From Magallana gigas (lineage: Eukaryota), in NCBI RefSeq assembly GCF_963853765.1, contig NC_088855.1, forward strand, positions 24,118,001 through 24,182,000: a DNA stretch of 64,000 nucleotides, written 5' to 3'. Under the pieces are notes generated by a model. That model ran no database searches. It was not told where the DNA came from and saw only the letters and a program-made list of their open reading frames with translations. Position numbers and translations under genes: made by a program. This document shows, piece after piece, positions 35,821-49,300 of this stretch. The first letter of the stretch is position 1. Each line of letters begins with the position of its first letter.

Positions 35821-38800
35821 TCAAGAAAAATCCACGATTAGATCTGTGGTGAATCGGAAGTCGAGCGCTCTCTGCTCTATCATGGTGCTATAGGAGTCGC
35901 GGATCTCGGACAGCTGTGTCCACTCATTCTCAGACAGGCCGCAGGCGGTCAACCGGAACGTTCTCAAATCTTTGAAATAAGAGCATCAAAATTTTAAAGA
36001 TATGGACAATACAAGTCTTCTTTTTGTCTGGTAGCAGTGAATGTTGGCCATTAATATTGGGGAGTTTTGTGTAATGACACATCAATTTGTTTTGTACTGA
36101 AGCGTATTAGTGCCACTTTGTAATTTTTTTCTTTTAAATTCCAACTTTAATATTGGAAGTTGATTTTTCCAACTTTATTGTTGGAAATTCCAAGATTATT
36201 AAAGTTGGAAATTCCAACAATAAAGTTGGAAAAATCTACTTTAAAGTTGGAATTTCCTACCTTTAAGTTGGAAATTCCAAGATTAAAGTTGAAAATTCCA
36301 AGATTAAAGTTGGAAGAAAAAAATTACAAAGTGGCACTAATACGCTTCCGTAATAAACAAACACTATCATTCTTCTTTTAAAGATATATGTGATATCACT
36401 GTTAAATATTTACATCTACCAAGTACTATTCCCTCTATTTCTTACGGAAACTTATTGTTAATTCATAGCTCTATAGACACAGAAATCTGCAGCGGCTGAA
36501 ACTAACGAGAAACTGACAGGACTGAAATTGACACGCCCTGTTTATCGATTGGTACAGACTTACAGCGACCTAAGAATTATCACAGACTGCACGAAATAAT
36601 CATGATATTAGAATCAAAGTCTCACAGGAGACGATTTGACTGTTTCTTTTAGCTAACATACTAATGTACCTAAACAGTAATTTATAAATACACAGAAATT
36701 TTAAAGGGGCATGGTCACGATTTTGGTCAAATTTTATTTTCCTGTTTTTATTATTTACAATGCTTTTTGAATGCATTTCTATTGATCAAGTAAAATTTGG
36801 GTGGCCGTCGATGAGTTTTAAGCGAGATACAGGGCTAACAACTCTTCGTCATGTAAACAAGGCTCGTGCCCTGCTTTTGTTTACATAGGTTCAATACACC
36901 AGTAAAAAATCTTTTTCAAGATGATTTGTCTAAATTCTTATTCATTTTAAACATGAATAAACAGTTCCTAACCATTAATACATTCATTTTACGTCTAAAA
37001 CTGGAATTTTCACTTCAACATTCAAAATGTAAACAAAAGCTTTGTTTACATAGCGAGGAATAGCTCTGTAACTTGCTCATAACTCAACAAATGTCACTCA
37101 AATTTGGGTTGCCTATTAAAAATGCCTTACTGAAGCATTATAAACATTAAAATCGAAAAAATAATTTTTGACAAAAATCGTGACCATGTCCCTTTAAGTA
37201 GATACAAAATATGCAGTTAATTATGATATCATGAACACTGTACCAATTTTGCGTTCTCTTTGTAACTCCATGATCTGTTGAATGGTGGGGATGAGGATCA
37301 CAGCATTCAGGGTGAAGTCCTTCAGATGCTTACATGACGTCACCATAGCGAGGATTTCCTCGTCCACATTTTCGTGGTTATTATCCAGCTCCAACGACAC
37401 CGATTCTTTGATTTTTGAAAAAAGACATACGTGTAAACCTATGAGTTGTTAATGATTCGATGATATAGAGTTACACAGAAAGAGGAGGGAAATAGACTAA
37501 TAATTGCAGAGATTTTCTTAGAAAAATTTTTTTTAATAAGGAGTGTTATATATTTTCCGTTTATTTATACTTATTACTCGCGGAGTTGCTGCAAATCCTA
37601 ATATTCTATTAAAGTCATATATATTGGTTGATCAACTTTAAAACCGCCTAATTTAAATTTTATACATGTAAGACAAAACTCAGTGTGTAACCGTAAACTT
37701 TACTATATATAGAACCGTTTTAACAAGAGCTTGGACTTTGAGCAGTACGTGACAAACTCCGTTTTGACTGAGGCGGGGTCTACTCATGGTTAACTGTCCA
37801 GTTATTGGCTAATAGATATGAATATATTGAACGCAATGACCACTCGCCCGACTTCACCCAGAAATGTACATATTTCGCTGAAACAGCGTCAATTTCACAC
37901 AGCAGAGCAGATCTCGAATTAAAAGAAAGCTGGTCAAAAATTTGACAGCTTGTTTTGATGAGCAAACTAGATAGTAACATCCCACATAAAGTCCAAGCTC
38001 TTGTTAAAACGGTTCTAAATAATATTACTACTATATAAAATGAGTAAGAAAGGAATGTGATTCTTAAGTGTATGTGTGTGTGTGTGTGTGGGGGGGGGTC
38101 TTTCTAGATTTGGGGGTTATTCAACTTCCAATTCGACCAATTGACTACTTCGTGTTTAAATAATTCAATTTTAACATTAAGTACATTTTCAATCATTCTT
38201 CATTTAATTTTGCTGATGACATACCTATGATATGTTTATAGTTCACGTGTAGATGACGTATTGTGTCATTCAGCCCCCAGTCCGCTTCATCGTCGTAACC
38301 TGTCCAAATATGGAAATCACGCACGGGGATTTCTTTGGAGAGGATCGGTACGATTTCATGCATTTGTCCGATGTTTTCGAACCAGAATGAGACTACCAGC
38401 TTAGGACACGCTCGTTTTAGCATACCCCAGGCTCCCCCGCTTATTCTGTGATGTCTGGGGTCGAGCTTGCATACCTTTATATTGATCATGTCCAGTTTAC
38501 CGCGCAAAGTTTTGGCAAACAGGACAATGACATCTTCAGAAATGCAATTATAATTCAACGCCAAGAATTCTACATTTTTGAACAATGTTAAACTGTTAAG
38601 GTATCGAGGTACTTGAATGATTGCTAATCGAGAGTGGAAAAAGTCTTCCAAGAATAATTCTTTTATGGTTTCTCCTGAGTTGCTACCAAGTGTCTCCAAG
38701 ATGCGAATTCCACCGTTTGACGGAAGTTGGGCTGATGTCATATCAAACGTTTCCAGACGATATTGATATCGAAAAAACCGCACAAAATTGGATATCAGAC

Positions 38801-39194
38801 GATCCCTTGATGCCTCGAATCTCCAAAATCGTTCCAACTCCAGTCTCTCTAACTCAAATTCGACCAGTTTGGCGTGTCGCATTTTGAACAGTAATTCTTC
38901 CATTGTTTTCTGAAACATTTTGGCTGTGTGATAAGATGGATGGGTGCACGTGAGGGACAAGTTTTGCACGTGCCTCCCGTGTAAACTGGCAAATTGACAA
39001 GCCCTCAGTCCATTGGCATGCACTCGGTAACCACCAACATCAAAATGTCTTTTCCGCCACAAGCATGGGGTATAGTAAAGCCGTCCCCAGTTTTTGCATG
39101 TTAGTGCAGCTTTTACTTTTTCTTCGTCCGATAGATATTTCAATATCTCGATTATTACGACATCTGGAAGATGTTCCCATTTATACTGTTCCAT
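35821..39194 (-). CDS. F-box/leucine-rich-repeat protein (FBXO39/FBXO33-like), paralogue 1 (~426 aa, 3 exons)
   Basis: Exons 39194-38225, 37405-37244, 35969-35821 give 1281 nt in frame. F-box WEHLPDVVIIEILKYLSDEEKVKAALTCKNW..LW is followed by LRR-like repeats. An in-frame ATG exists further upstream at 39257. Confidence 0.88.
36095..36352. mobile_element. Small member (258 bp) of the TACGGAAGCGTATTAG-terminus family
   Basis: Ends TACTGAAGCGTATTAGTGCCACTTTGTAATTTTT and AAAAATTACAAAGTGGCACTAATACGCTTCCGTA; interior made of 21-bp AAGTTGGAAATTCCAAGATTA-type units in both orientations. No clear TSD. Confidence 0.85.
36705..37193. mobile_element. Non-autonomous Kolobok-type DNA transposon (~490 bp)
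   Basis: TTAA on both flanks (36701-36704, 37194-37197); TIR AGGG(G/A)CATGGTCACGATTTT. A TTAA target with purine-purine termini fits Kolobok rather than piggyBac. Confidence 0.8.
37710..38017. mobile_element. MITE (~300 bp) with probable TA target duplication
   Basis: TIR GAACCGTTTTAACAAGAGCTTGGACTTT and its exact reverse complement, with TA on each side. Confidence 0.8.
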
Positions 39195-40077
39195 TCTAAG
39201 ACCAATTAAGACTTTCCAGATTTTACTTGCTTGTTGCAGCCACCAACCAATTTCCATCCGTTTCCATGTGGAATTTTGGCGAACTGTGACGTTCTTTCAT
39301 TATTTGGTAGTGACGTTGCAAACCGTTGTGACGTTGTAGATGTGGGCTCTTTTTTGTTATTTTAATGAACAAATGGAAAACGACGTGTATTTTTTAACAA
39401 TTTGATGTAACTTGCATAAAAAAAATTGTTATGAAAATAAATGAGTCTTCTGTTTCGCTTTTAAATATAATGATGATAATTACCGAAACAAAACCTTTCA
39501 CTAACGATTTTTCCTGATGAAATTTGTATTGAAAAAAATGTATCCAGAGCTTTTCATATGCGTCTAGCATTTTTGTAATCAATTAAATTTTAGTTTATTT
39601 CACTATATAGAGAACAAAGATTAATTTATCCCTTTTTATGTTTAATTAAATATCATATCAATGTTAGAAATCGTGCATCTTACTTAGTTGTATCACCCCT
39701 TTATTCTTGAAATACTTATGTTTTTAAACAACAAAACAAATAAAATATTATTTCATTAGTTTATAATAATATAATATGCGGTTGTATTATTACATTCAAG
39801 AAATAATGACATTGACCTATGGTATAAACCGAGAAAGCAACACGGAAGGTCAACTGGTTTACGTAACTTGTGGGTTTAATGACGCTGTTTCCGTCAGTAA
39901 ATGGACATCCTGAAAATATTACAGTTATTAACCCATGTTCGAAAATTCATTCACATTTTTATTTGACAATGTTAAGGTTAGCATGTTTGAAACTCGCGAG
40001 TTGTTTGAGTATGCAAAAAATACGTGTACGTCGTTACGTAGACACGTAATCCCATAGTAACGTCGCAGAATTACAAC

Positions 40078-42338
40078 ATGGCCACCGTGAACTCCTTGGA
40101 TTGGAACGTTGTACCGGACTTGGTTCTTTTGAACGTATTTTTTCAACTTGAAGATGAAGATCGTCTGTCCATGGCATTGGTTTGTAAGAACTGGTACCGA
40201 CTCTTTCAAAGCCCGCAGCTCTGGCGGAACAGACGAGTGATTTTCAGCACCGAAAAACCTTATACAACAGCGACGAATTCCTTGGGGTTTTTGAAAACAT
40301 TTGGTAAAAACCTTAGGGTCCTCACAGTTGGCTTTGCAATGCCAAACTTTCGGAATGCCAAACAAATTTCAAAAGCTGTAGAATTTTATTTCAACAAAGC
40401 TACCAATATACCCGACCTACGACTCAAGGAATTTACGTTACAGAACGCGAACATGGAGTTGTATTGGCATTTCATTCTGTCGAGGAAACGGATAATATCG
40501 TCACTGTGCAGGTTTTTGAGAAGGCTTCATGAATTGACGTTGATTAACTTGATTGCCGCCAAAATGTCGCTCACTGATGGGTGTCGGGTTTTGGAATCGC
40601 TGGGGCGGGGCCAAGCCTCCAAGACCCTTCAAACAGTGTTCATTGAGGACATGTTCCAAGCTTACATCTCCCCCAACAAACACAAGCGGTATACTCAGGC
40701 TATGTCTAAATTCAAGAGCATTTCGTGGATCTATACCAATTACGATACAATTAATGCTCAAATTATGAAAAATATAGCGAACTGTATGGGGGAGCAATTT
40801 CAGAAATTAACTTTAACCATTGATTGTGATGTTAGTTCCAATATCATACGAAGCGAGGACTGGAGCAATTTCGCCGAACACTGTCCAAACGCCGAGGTTG
40901 TAGTGTACATTTATGCATCGGCATTTAAACAAGACGTTCCGTCCATTCTTGTGCCTGGTATTCCACTGAAGGAAATTGACATAGTCTCTTGGCCGTCCGT
41001 TGACAGCGCGCGGAGAGCGTTAGAATCCAACATTTCATCCACTCTATGTCACGTTGCGTTGACGTACAGCAATCGGATAGGTATTTATTCGATTAGAAGT
41101 ACCATTAATGTCTATTTCTCCTCACACGGTAGACCTTATATTTTATGTGTTCATTAAGAAAGAGGGTAAATTATTTTTTTTGACGAACGTCATACCTTCT
41201 CTGATTAAAAGAGGACTAACGGCAATGTACCAATAACTTTTGGAAAACATTTTTTTTCGGAATGGGGGGGGGGGGGGTGAGTCTTCCTACATGTGTCACT
41301 TTAAGGAATAATGTTGAATTGTGACTATAAATATGATATTATTTAAGAAATTTTTCAATATTTCTCATAAAATCAGTCAGACTCAATTGAGTTATTAGGG
41401 AGTCAACGTTAATTATAAGAGAAATGCATTTTTTCTCAAAGTCTTTTTCACAGGCTAGACCGGATTTTAATCACTTGTAAATAAAACACCAGAAATTAAG
41501 ACGTCACGTAAGGTATGACTGATTAATTAATATCAATTCATTAATATCATCATCTTCGCTAGCCAAATGTCCGATTCGTTTTTCTCATCTCATCTCTCAT
41601 CTTCAGGAGATGAGAAAAAAATTCGGACACTTGGCAAGCGAATATGCAATATCATAAACAGAATAGCTTTGACTTTCGACTCCATCCGAAATCATTAATT
41701 CCAGAGTGTTTGACGCTGCACTTGGATCGTAACCCGCCCATTGACTCGGACCTCCTGCTCTTGCTGAGGAGCTGTAGACGCCTACAGGAACTAAATCTGT
41801 ACTGCAAGCTGCAGGTGGAGACCGTCCAAATGATGTGTCAGATGCAGCAACAACGCGCGATAGGTAATACACTCAGTCTCCATTCAAAACGACGCTTACA
41901 ACGCTGTGGTATAAGGTTGATATTTTTTGTATTATAACGCCAAAGCAAACATTTTCAATCTGTACATAAAAATTGATATATAGAAAAAATATATCATTCA
42001 TATAATCAAAAATATATTTAGTAAAATTTTTCAAGTGGATTGATAATTGACACCCCCCCCCCCATAAAAAAGGGGGGGGGGGGGGTCTGTCGTTTCTAAT
42101 TTTACGAACTCTTGTTTTAACTTTTCGTATAATTTGAATATTGTTTGTTTTCTTAGATCTGCGTGCAATAACCCTAGCCATTCACGGTTTGACTGAGAGC
42201 GAATGGTCGACGCTGACGAGGATTCGCGGGGAATTGATTCAGGCGGTCAGCAGACGTAAGGATCGTCTGCTCGACGTCGGCCACGCGGGGGGCCCTGGGA
42301 ATTCATCCAATCATAACCACACTTCGCCAGCGGTTTAA
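40078..42338 (+). CDS. F-box/leucine-rich-repeat protein (FBXO39/FBXO33-like), paralogue 2 (~447 aa, 3 exons)
   Basis: Exons 40078-41080, 41705-41863, 42157-42338 give 1344 nt in frame; CAACATGG start context. F-box WNVVPDLVLLNVFFQLEDEDRLSMALVCKNW..LW. Same two phase-1 introns as paralogue 1. Confidence 0.88.
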
Positions 42339-42849
42339 CTACAAGTGGCGATCCAAAATACACAAAGAGAAAATTAAGAAATAAATGTTTTTATTTTTCT
42401 AATATGTATTATTTAAGATACACACATGTAAGTCTGCATAAATACCATCATTATATCACAATCATGAAGTACATAAAGGGTTGAAAATAATTGTTTGGAA
42501 ATTAAACTCCTGACTAGATAAAATTCTATTTCTTTGTTCACTTCAAAAATCATTCTCTTGAAATTGTGTTCATGACTTGCCTGAAATGACATTATCTAGT
42601 GATCCTTTCTTGAGGGAAATGTACCGTTTGACAGTGCAAATTTAATTCATTTCAGTACACTTCAAAACAAGGGATTCAAACTTCCATTGATAATGTGATC
42701 AACATTTAATGGCAAACTAATTTTTTGCAAAACAAGATGCATGTAGGATACAATTCCAACAGATAAATTACCATACACTACAGTTGCTATTTCATTTTTT
42801 TAAAAATAGATTTTACTGTGGATTTTTTAATAAAAGGTTACAAAAAATT

Positions 42850-42932
42850 GCTCTCTCTCTCTCTTCCCTCCATTCTCTCTCTCTTTCTCTCTCCCCTCCA
42901 TTCCCCCCCCCTCTCTCTCTCTCTTTTTCTCT
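42850..42932. repeat. CT-rich low-complexity tract
   Basis: Imperfect (CT)n run downstream of TMEM199. Confidence 0.8.
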
Positions 42933-43038
42933 CAACATTCTTTCACAATCTACCACTATATACCACATTGATTACAGTACATGTTTGGTTCTATTAAATG
43001 AGATACAAATGTTACATAAACACAGAATTTTCCATTTG

Positions 43039-46000
43039 TCAAGAAGCTTCTCTGATCAGAAAGTAAAGGTCAGCACAGAACACCACTGAAGCAAATAGTA
43101 GCCCTGTCATCATTTGCTGCAATGAAAGAAAACCTCTTCTAAAGTGTCCATAAAAAGAGCAAGATCATACAATTATAATGTAGTTGTGAGGTACAAAAAT
43201 ATGACTGAAATAGATTTTGAGAGATTTTAAATTAATGCTTGCTCTTACTGCCAAAAACGCATTGCTTCCACTGAATGTGTATTCTGTCGCCTTGTATCCA
43301 AAGGCAAAAGCTCCCCCCACAGTCACCACAAAGTTGATGAACGATAAAATGTGAGAGTTCATGGCTTTTACTGAAAAAAAAAAATCCAAAAAAATTTAGT
43401 AATATATGCTAACAATTTAATTCTGGTAGTAACACAGCATTTGACTGGATAGAAAAATTTAGTGAAATTTGTATAACCTGGTTTGCACATCACAATGCAC
43501 CAACATCAAAAACATACAAATGTGCTAATCCGCTTGCATTGTAAAATGCACTCAATTTGTACAGTAAATTACAGAAAACTAAATTATATGGAATAAACTC
43601 AATATCTACTTGTATAACCTGGATTGGAGCAATTTACGCTTTTTTAAAATCCACTTTGCCGATTATAAATCGTAAACTGCCCCAACCCAGGTTATACTCG
43701 TATAACTTGGGTAGACATTGAGTTCATTTCTTAAATAAATCAGATAATGTCGCATAGTTTTATAATTGAGAGAGTCTTTTCTATTTGAAAAAAAAAATGA
43801 TTACATCATGCATCTCCTAAAAAACCATCCCATCTGCTAATACCAAATACAGTCCAATGTTTTTATACATGAGATTGTCTTTCCTGTTTGGAAAAAAAAT
43901 AACCGTGTATCTCCCAAAAAATTCACCCCTTCTGTAAATTGACTTGTGTTACTATGATTTATATAATCTATGAGAGATAACATGTGGCAATTGCTAATGA
44001 AATGGCTGTCATAACACTATGATAACAGCTACATAGTACACTGTACAGAAGATCTAGAGCTTGAAAGGGGGAAGGGGGGGGGGAATATGTTGGCATATGT
44101 TGCATGCCTTTGTATAATTTCTATATAATGGAACTCCAAGATCCCAGTGTACAGATCATGCACTGAAAATGTTTAACAAGTCTTTTGTCATTCACAACTA
44201 TATAGGTAATTGCTTAAAAAAATGTTGATAACATACCTTCTTTTCCAAATGAGTCTGTATCTAATTTCTGTAAGAAATATTGCTCTACATGAAACATATT
44301 TTTATTTCTAAAACTGACAGAACTATTTCATTAAAAACAACATGTTAAAAAACATTGAACAAAGCTATAAAGACATTCATTTCTTTTAAACTTCATCATA
44401 TTATAAGCACAACTGTAAATTGAGCAAAACTGAGAAAAAAATAGATAATTCTAATCATATTGGTCAAATCATGCATACTTATCACAGAAAAAAGTAAAAC
44501 CAACCAAACTTAAACCAGAATGTACCTGTTCTTTATCTACACTCCTGACCATCTGTTTGTACTCTCGGTTTGCTTGTTCAGCTTTTAAGCGTTGTATTCG
44601 AGCTTCCAGCTCTGGGTTCTGAAACAAAAAGTCCACTCAATAACTACATAAATATCTGCATGATTGTACAAAACCAGAAAAAATTGTTATTAGAAGAGCT
44701 CAATTGATCCTTTAATAAGGTACTGTAGTTATAGGATACAAATTATGACAAAACTGGTTCTAATTAAAATTAGACATGTAATATTGCTTCTCTACAATAC
44801 GCTATACAAGATCTATCAATATTCTGTGCAGAGTCTTCACAAAGTGACCCTTTTTTGTTAAACCATGAACTTTAAAGTAAAAAATCAGAAAGACAAGAAT
44901 ATTTTTATTATTGGAGATGTACCATAATTTATGAGTTGGTTATCTGATTTAAAAGTATTACATGTACCAGAAATAAATAAAGTAGAAGTCATTATTAGCC
45001 TTTTTAAATCTTTTAAATCAATATAAGGTCCCCAGAACAATAAGAATTTATAGATTCATGTAATATACAGCTGAACTTCGGTATCTCGAACACCAATATC
45101 TCGAGTACAATGGATATGTCGAAGTGATTTTTAAGTCCCAAACACTTAAACTTTATGTATTTTACCCTTGATATCTCGAATACTTGGGTAAATCGAAGTA
45201 GTCCCATCTAGTTCGAGATAACGAAGTTTGACTGTAGATTGTATTCTCAGTTGGTCAAGAGACAAGTGTGTACATATGATTAAACACTGACACAACACTA
45301 TTAAATAATCTACAGAAAAATTTGTTTTTGTGTAACCTGACATGGACCCTTTGGTCCTTTGTCATAATCCTTGACCTAGTTTTATGTATGATCCTCATCT
45401 TTTATATGTTCTAGAGGAGAGATAAACCATGGCTGAGGACAAAGACCATGGTCTGAAAGACTGACTATGCCCTATAATATGTTTGAGGTTCTTTAAAACG
45501 AACCGTTTGAATTCTTCCAAGAATTCCAATATGTACGCTTTTATTGATTTCAAGTGGGTTTTTTTTTTTACAGGTATGTGTATTTTTAGTAAAAATAATC
45601 AAAAAGTGATGGAAGCAATGACTTGGGACATACTATTACTGAAAATTAAACAGTTGTTATACGATAAAAATGCAAACCCTTGGTGGTGGTTCATAAGCTG
45701 GTAAATGCAGTGTGCTTCCTTCCAACCATTCATTTAGGTATTCCTTTTTTTTCCCTTTCAATTATAGAAAAACAATACAATACAGATTCTGTGAATACCT
45801 CTTAGCAAAATATTGCCAATATACTAGTAATACAATAGCAATGCATACAACAGCTATACAACAAACTCAAATACGTTTGAAATTCAGTTCTTAAAATTAT
45901 TGTCGGTATCTGCTAGACAGCTCATAGAGATCCATGAGATCATTTACATTCCATTCCATAGTTTGTTCATTTACTTTAAGCAAAACATATCTTTGAGAAA

Positions 46001-46190
46001 TGAGTATGTATAATGTACCTTTACACTGATGCCTGTCAAATACATATTTGATCAATCTGAATGGAATGATTCCAGCATCTTTTTCTATTAAATCACGAAT
46101 TTCCTTGGATTGTTTCGATGAATCTGTGTGCTCTAGAAAATCTGTCAGTTTGCCTTTAATAGTTTGTGTCAAAATTACATCAGGTTCCAT
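43039..46190 (-). CDS. TMEM199: V-ATPase assembly factor TMEM199/VMA12 (~190 aa, 6 exons)
   Basis: Exons 46190-46019, 45754-45678, 44618-44526, 44267-44237, 43370-43249, 43116-43039 give 573 nt. Motifs YLNEWLEGSTLHLP, NPELEARIQRLKAEQANREYKQMVRSV, FINFVVTVGGAFAFGY and a second TM ending ADLYFLIR. Confidence 0.92.
45066..45236. mobile_element. TA-flanked MITE (Tc1/mariner-like ends), copy 1
   Basis: TIR CAGCTGAACTTCGGTATCTCGAAC / GTTCGAGATAACGAAGTTTGACTG with TA on each side; a homologous copy lies at 63668-63848. Confidence 0.8.
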
Positions 46191-46360
46191 GTTGGCAGTT
46201 CTTTCTCCCGAATTTGTTTAATCTAGTCTCATTCAACCAAACGCTCTACTCTACACTCGGCACACCTCGATCAGTTCCTCAAGTAACGCAAAAATTATCC
46301 GAGGTTTGCCGAGTGGGATCAAAGCGTCTGGTAAAACGAGACTATTTCAATTGAAGAAAA
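46191..46360. promoter_or_regulatory. Compact bidirectional promoter TMEM199/SFSWAP
   Basis: Only 170 bp separate the two divergent start codons. Confidence 0.75.
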
Positions 46361-49300
46361 ATGGCTGCTGACTGGTTGAATCCCAGAGTAAAGGGAAAAG
46401 AGAAGGCAACAGACGAAAAAGAAGAGCTATTTGTGTTTGGATATGCATGTAAACTTTTCAGAGACGATGAACGGGCATTATCTATCGACAAGGGATCCCA
46501 CCTGATACCATGGATGGGCGACGATAAACTGCTGATAGACAGGTCTGTCATCAAACCTGGGGAAATTTTCAAGGTTTCGATTTCAATCGAATTTTCGCGT
46601 ACATAACGTAATCGAAAAGTTGCCTTTCAGATGATAAAAAGTGTTTGAACAGGGTGTCATGTATGTATACCCTGTCACCTATCAAATGTACTGTAGTGAG
46701 ATGGTACATAGAAAAGCAAAATATCTTAGAAAGGGAGCAGAAGGTCATTCATTGGACAAAGGCTACAAGAGGGGATTACACTCGAACTGATGGGGAGAAG
46801 ACTGTCTTACTACTGTTGACGTTTTACTACTTGTCAATTGTTTTCTGAGTTTCCATCTTGAAAATTGTTATTTGTGTATATGTGAGTTGTTTCAGTCGCA
46901 GATTTGGCAGTTGCTCTATGCTGTAGTAATTTATGTTTTGGTGATCAGGTATAAGTATCAAATCTAGTTTAAATCATTATGTTCATTTTTGTGTTCAAAT
47001 TTTGTATTTCTCAAGCAGATTTAGTTGTGTATGATAGTCCATTTGAAAACAAAATATTTTCATGAAATTGGAACACAAAAAAGAACTTTTTGGTTTCATT
47101 TTGATTAAAATCCTTGGCTGCTTTCCATTTTAAAATTAAAGTAAAATTCATTGACTCTGATGGAATTGGAAAAAAAAGCCAATTGATTTTAATCCATAAT
47201 ATTTAATATACATGTATGTTTTGATTCTATTGTATATATTGAAATGAACACCAGTGTTTTTAATTATTGGTAGAATTTATTCCATTGAAATTTTTAAAAA
47301 TTCTAAATTACTTATTAATAAGAATATTCTTAAAAATTAAATAGATATCAAAAACCAAATTCTTTGTATCAGGCAAAAGCACATTTACAAAATACGCTGG
47401 GGATATAGTTAGTTTTAATTACCTTTAATTTTGTATTATGTGAAAACTGAAACGAGGATAGAACAGTATGCAGTAGTGTACCAGAGATTTGTTATAGATA
47501 TGTGTATACTAAAGAAACAGATTTTAATACTATAACCTTTCCTGCAGGTACGATGGGCGAGGTCACTTGTATGACCTTAAGCCATATGACTCGAGTCATG
47601 CTCAGCCATGTGAACTAACAGCAGAGGAGGAGAAACTGGAAGAGCTGTGCAATGAAGAGAGGTATCTAGAACTGCATACAGATGTGGCAGAAAAGAAGTT
47701 GTACGAAGGTTAGTATTACAGATGTTTAAAGTAATGCATGCAAGATAAACAGTGTGGTCAGACAAGCTGGTTTTGCATAAAAACGCAGGGGAAAAATTTA
47801 AAGAATGTATTATTTTTGTGTTTTTTCAGAGGAAGAATGGAAGCGATATTACCAGTCTCTCTCGGAGGGCTATGGAGCGGTAGGATTCAGCTACGACTAT
47901 CACAATCATCAACATAATAGTGAATACTACCAAGGTGGATATTATTACAAATATACTTTCATTATCAATCTACAAAAAAATTGCATTCAATGAATTTTTC
48001 TAGTATGTGATTTTCTCAGTATGAAGCATATTTTGTCACTACATGTAGTTTCAAATGATCATTGCTTAAATGAAAACAGTTTGATGAGAAACTAGTTAGA
48101 TATGTAAATCTTCATTGAGGTCATGTAAACTTAGAACCATTTTAACTGGAGCTTGGACTTTGGGTAGTTGTGCCAAACAGCATCTTTAATGAGGTCATGT
48201 AAACTTATCAGGTTTCAAATTGTTGCATTTGTATTCCTGGAGTATTGTTACAAAGAAAACAGAAGTTTTAACAATATGTTACTTTTATGCTACAGCTATG
48301 TTACTTTTATGCTACAGCTAATGCAGAAGAAGAAAAACCATTTGAGGTACCACCTGAGTTGAACCTCCCAGATGACATCACACCGGTAAAATGAAATATT
48401 TTAGTTCATATACAATGCAGTTAAATTCTAAAATATACATGATTTCTACTGTTACATTACCATCAAAACATCTTCAATGCATGTATGACTTAATTTGACC
48501 ACTCAAACATTTTGAGCTAGTATTAAATGGCACTTTTGTTCACAGCCTGATACAGAAAAAAGCAATGCCATCATAGAGAAGACAGCAAAATTTGTGGCAA
48601 AACAGGGGGCACAGATGGAAATCCTTATCAAAACAAAGCAAGCGAACAATTCACAGTTTGAATTTCTCCACTTTGAAAACCCATTGAATCCGTATTATAA
48701 ACACATGGTGAAGATGATCAAGTCTGGGAAGTACAAACCCAAGGAGGAAGCAGTGGAAGAGGAAGATCCAGGTACGCAACAGTCTCACCTTACTGCTTCA
48801 ATGTTTACTGTATGACAGTAATTTCCATCATTTTTTATGATCTTAAAAATTTCTGATTATGAACAGTTTTTTTTTTGGGGGGGGGGGGGGGGGGTTTGAT
48901 TGAGAATGGACTTTGAATTAAAAAAATATTGGAAATAAAACTTTTACTTGAAATCTGAAATAGATAATATAAATCTACTGGTCCTGTAGGTTTTCTGTCC
49001 TAAAGCAAAACTCAAGTTTATATATTTTGCATGCAAATTTTATATGCTGAAATTTTGAATGGATATTTTATTTTAGACAATGAGGATGACGATGAGGGTC
49101 ATGGATACCTCCACCCAAGTCTGATGGTCACCAGGAAAGCCTCCCCGGCCCCCGAGGTCCCTGCCTACAAACCCTTAGAGATGCCCAAAGTCTCTGTCCA
49201 TGACACACCTTATGGTCAGCTCATCAAATCATTGGTCAAAAAGCAGCAGCCAGATGCAACTGAAGAGTGAGTCAAGTCTTCTTTTTAAAATATAAATGAG

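Noticed and set aside
39195-39257. 21-aa N-terminal extension MEIGWWLQQASKIWKVLIGLR of F-box paralogue 1
   Set aside because: Paralogue 2 starts just before its F-box, matching the ATG at 39194. The extension cannot be excluded but is unsupported.
39928-40797. Minus-strand ORFs (145 aa, 98 aa) over F-box paralogue 2, and the plus-strand ORF over paralogue 1
   Set aside because: Antisense shadows of long coding exons with no recognisable motifs.
38225-41080. Kilobase-long uninterrupted exons hinting at horizontal transfer or retrocopies
   Set aside because: Both genes keep two conserved introns, and F-box/LRR is an ordinary animal family.
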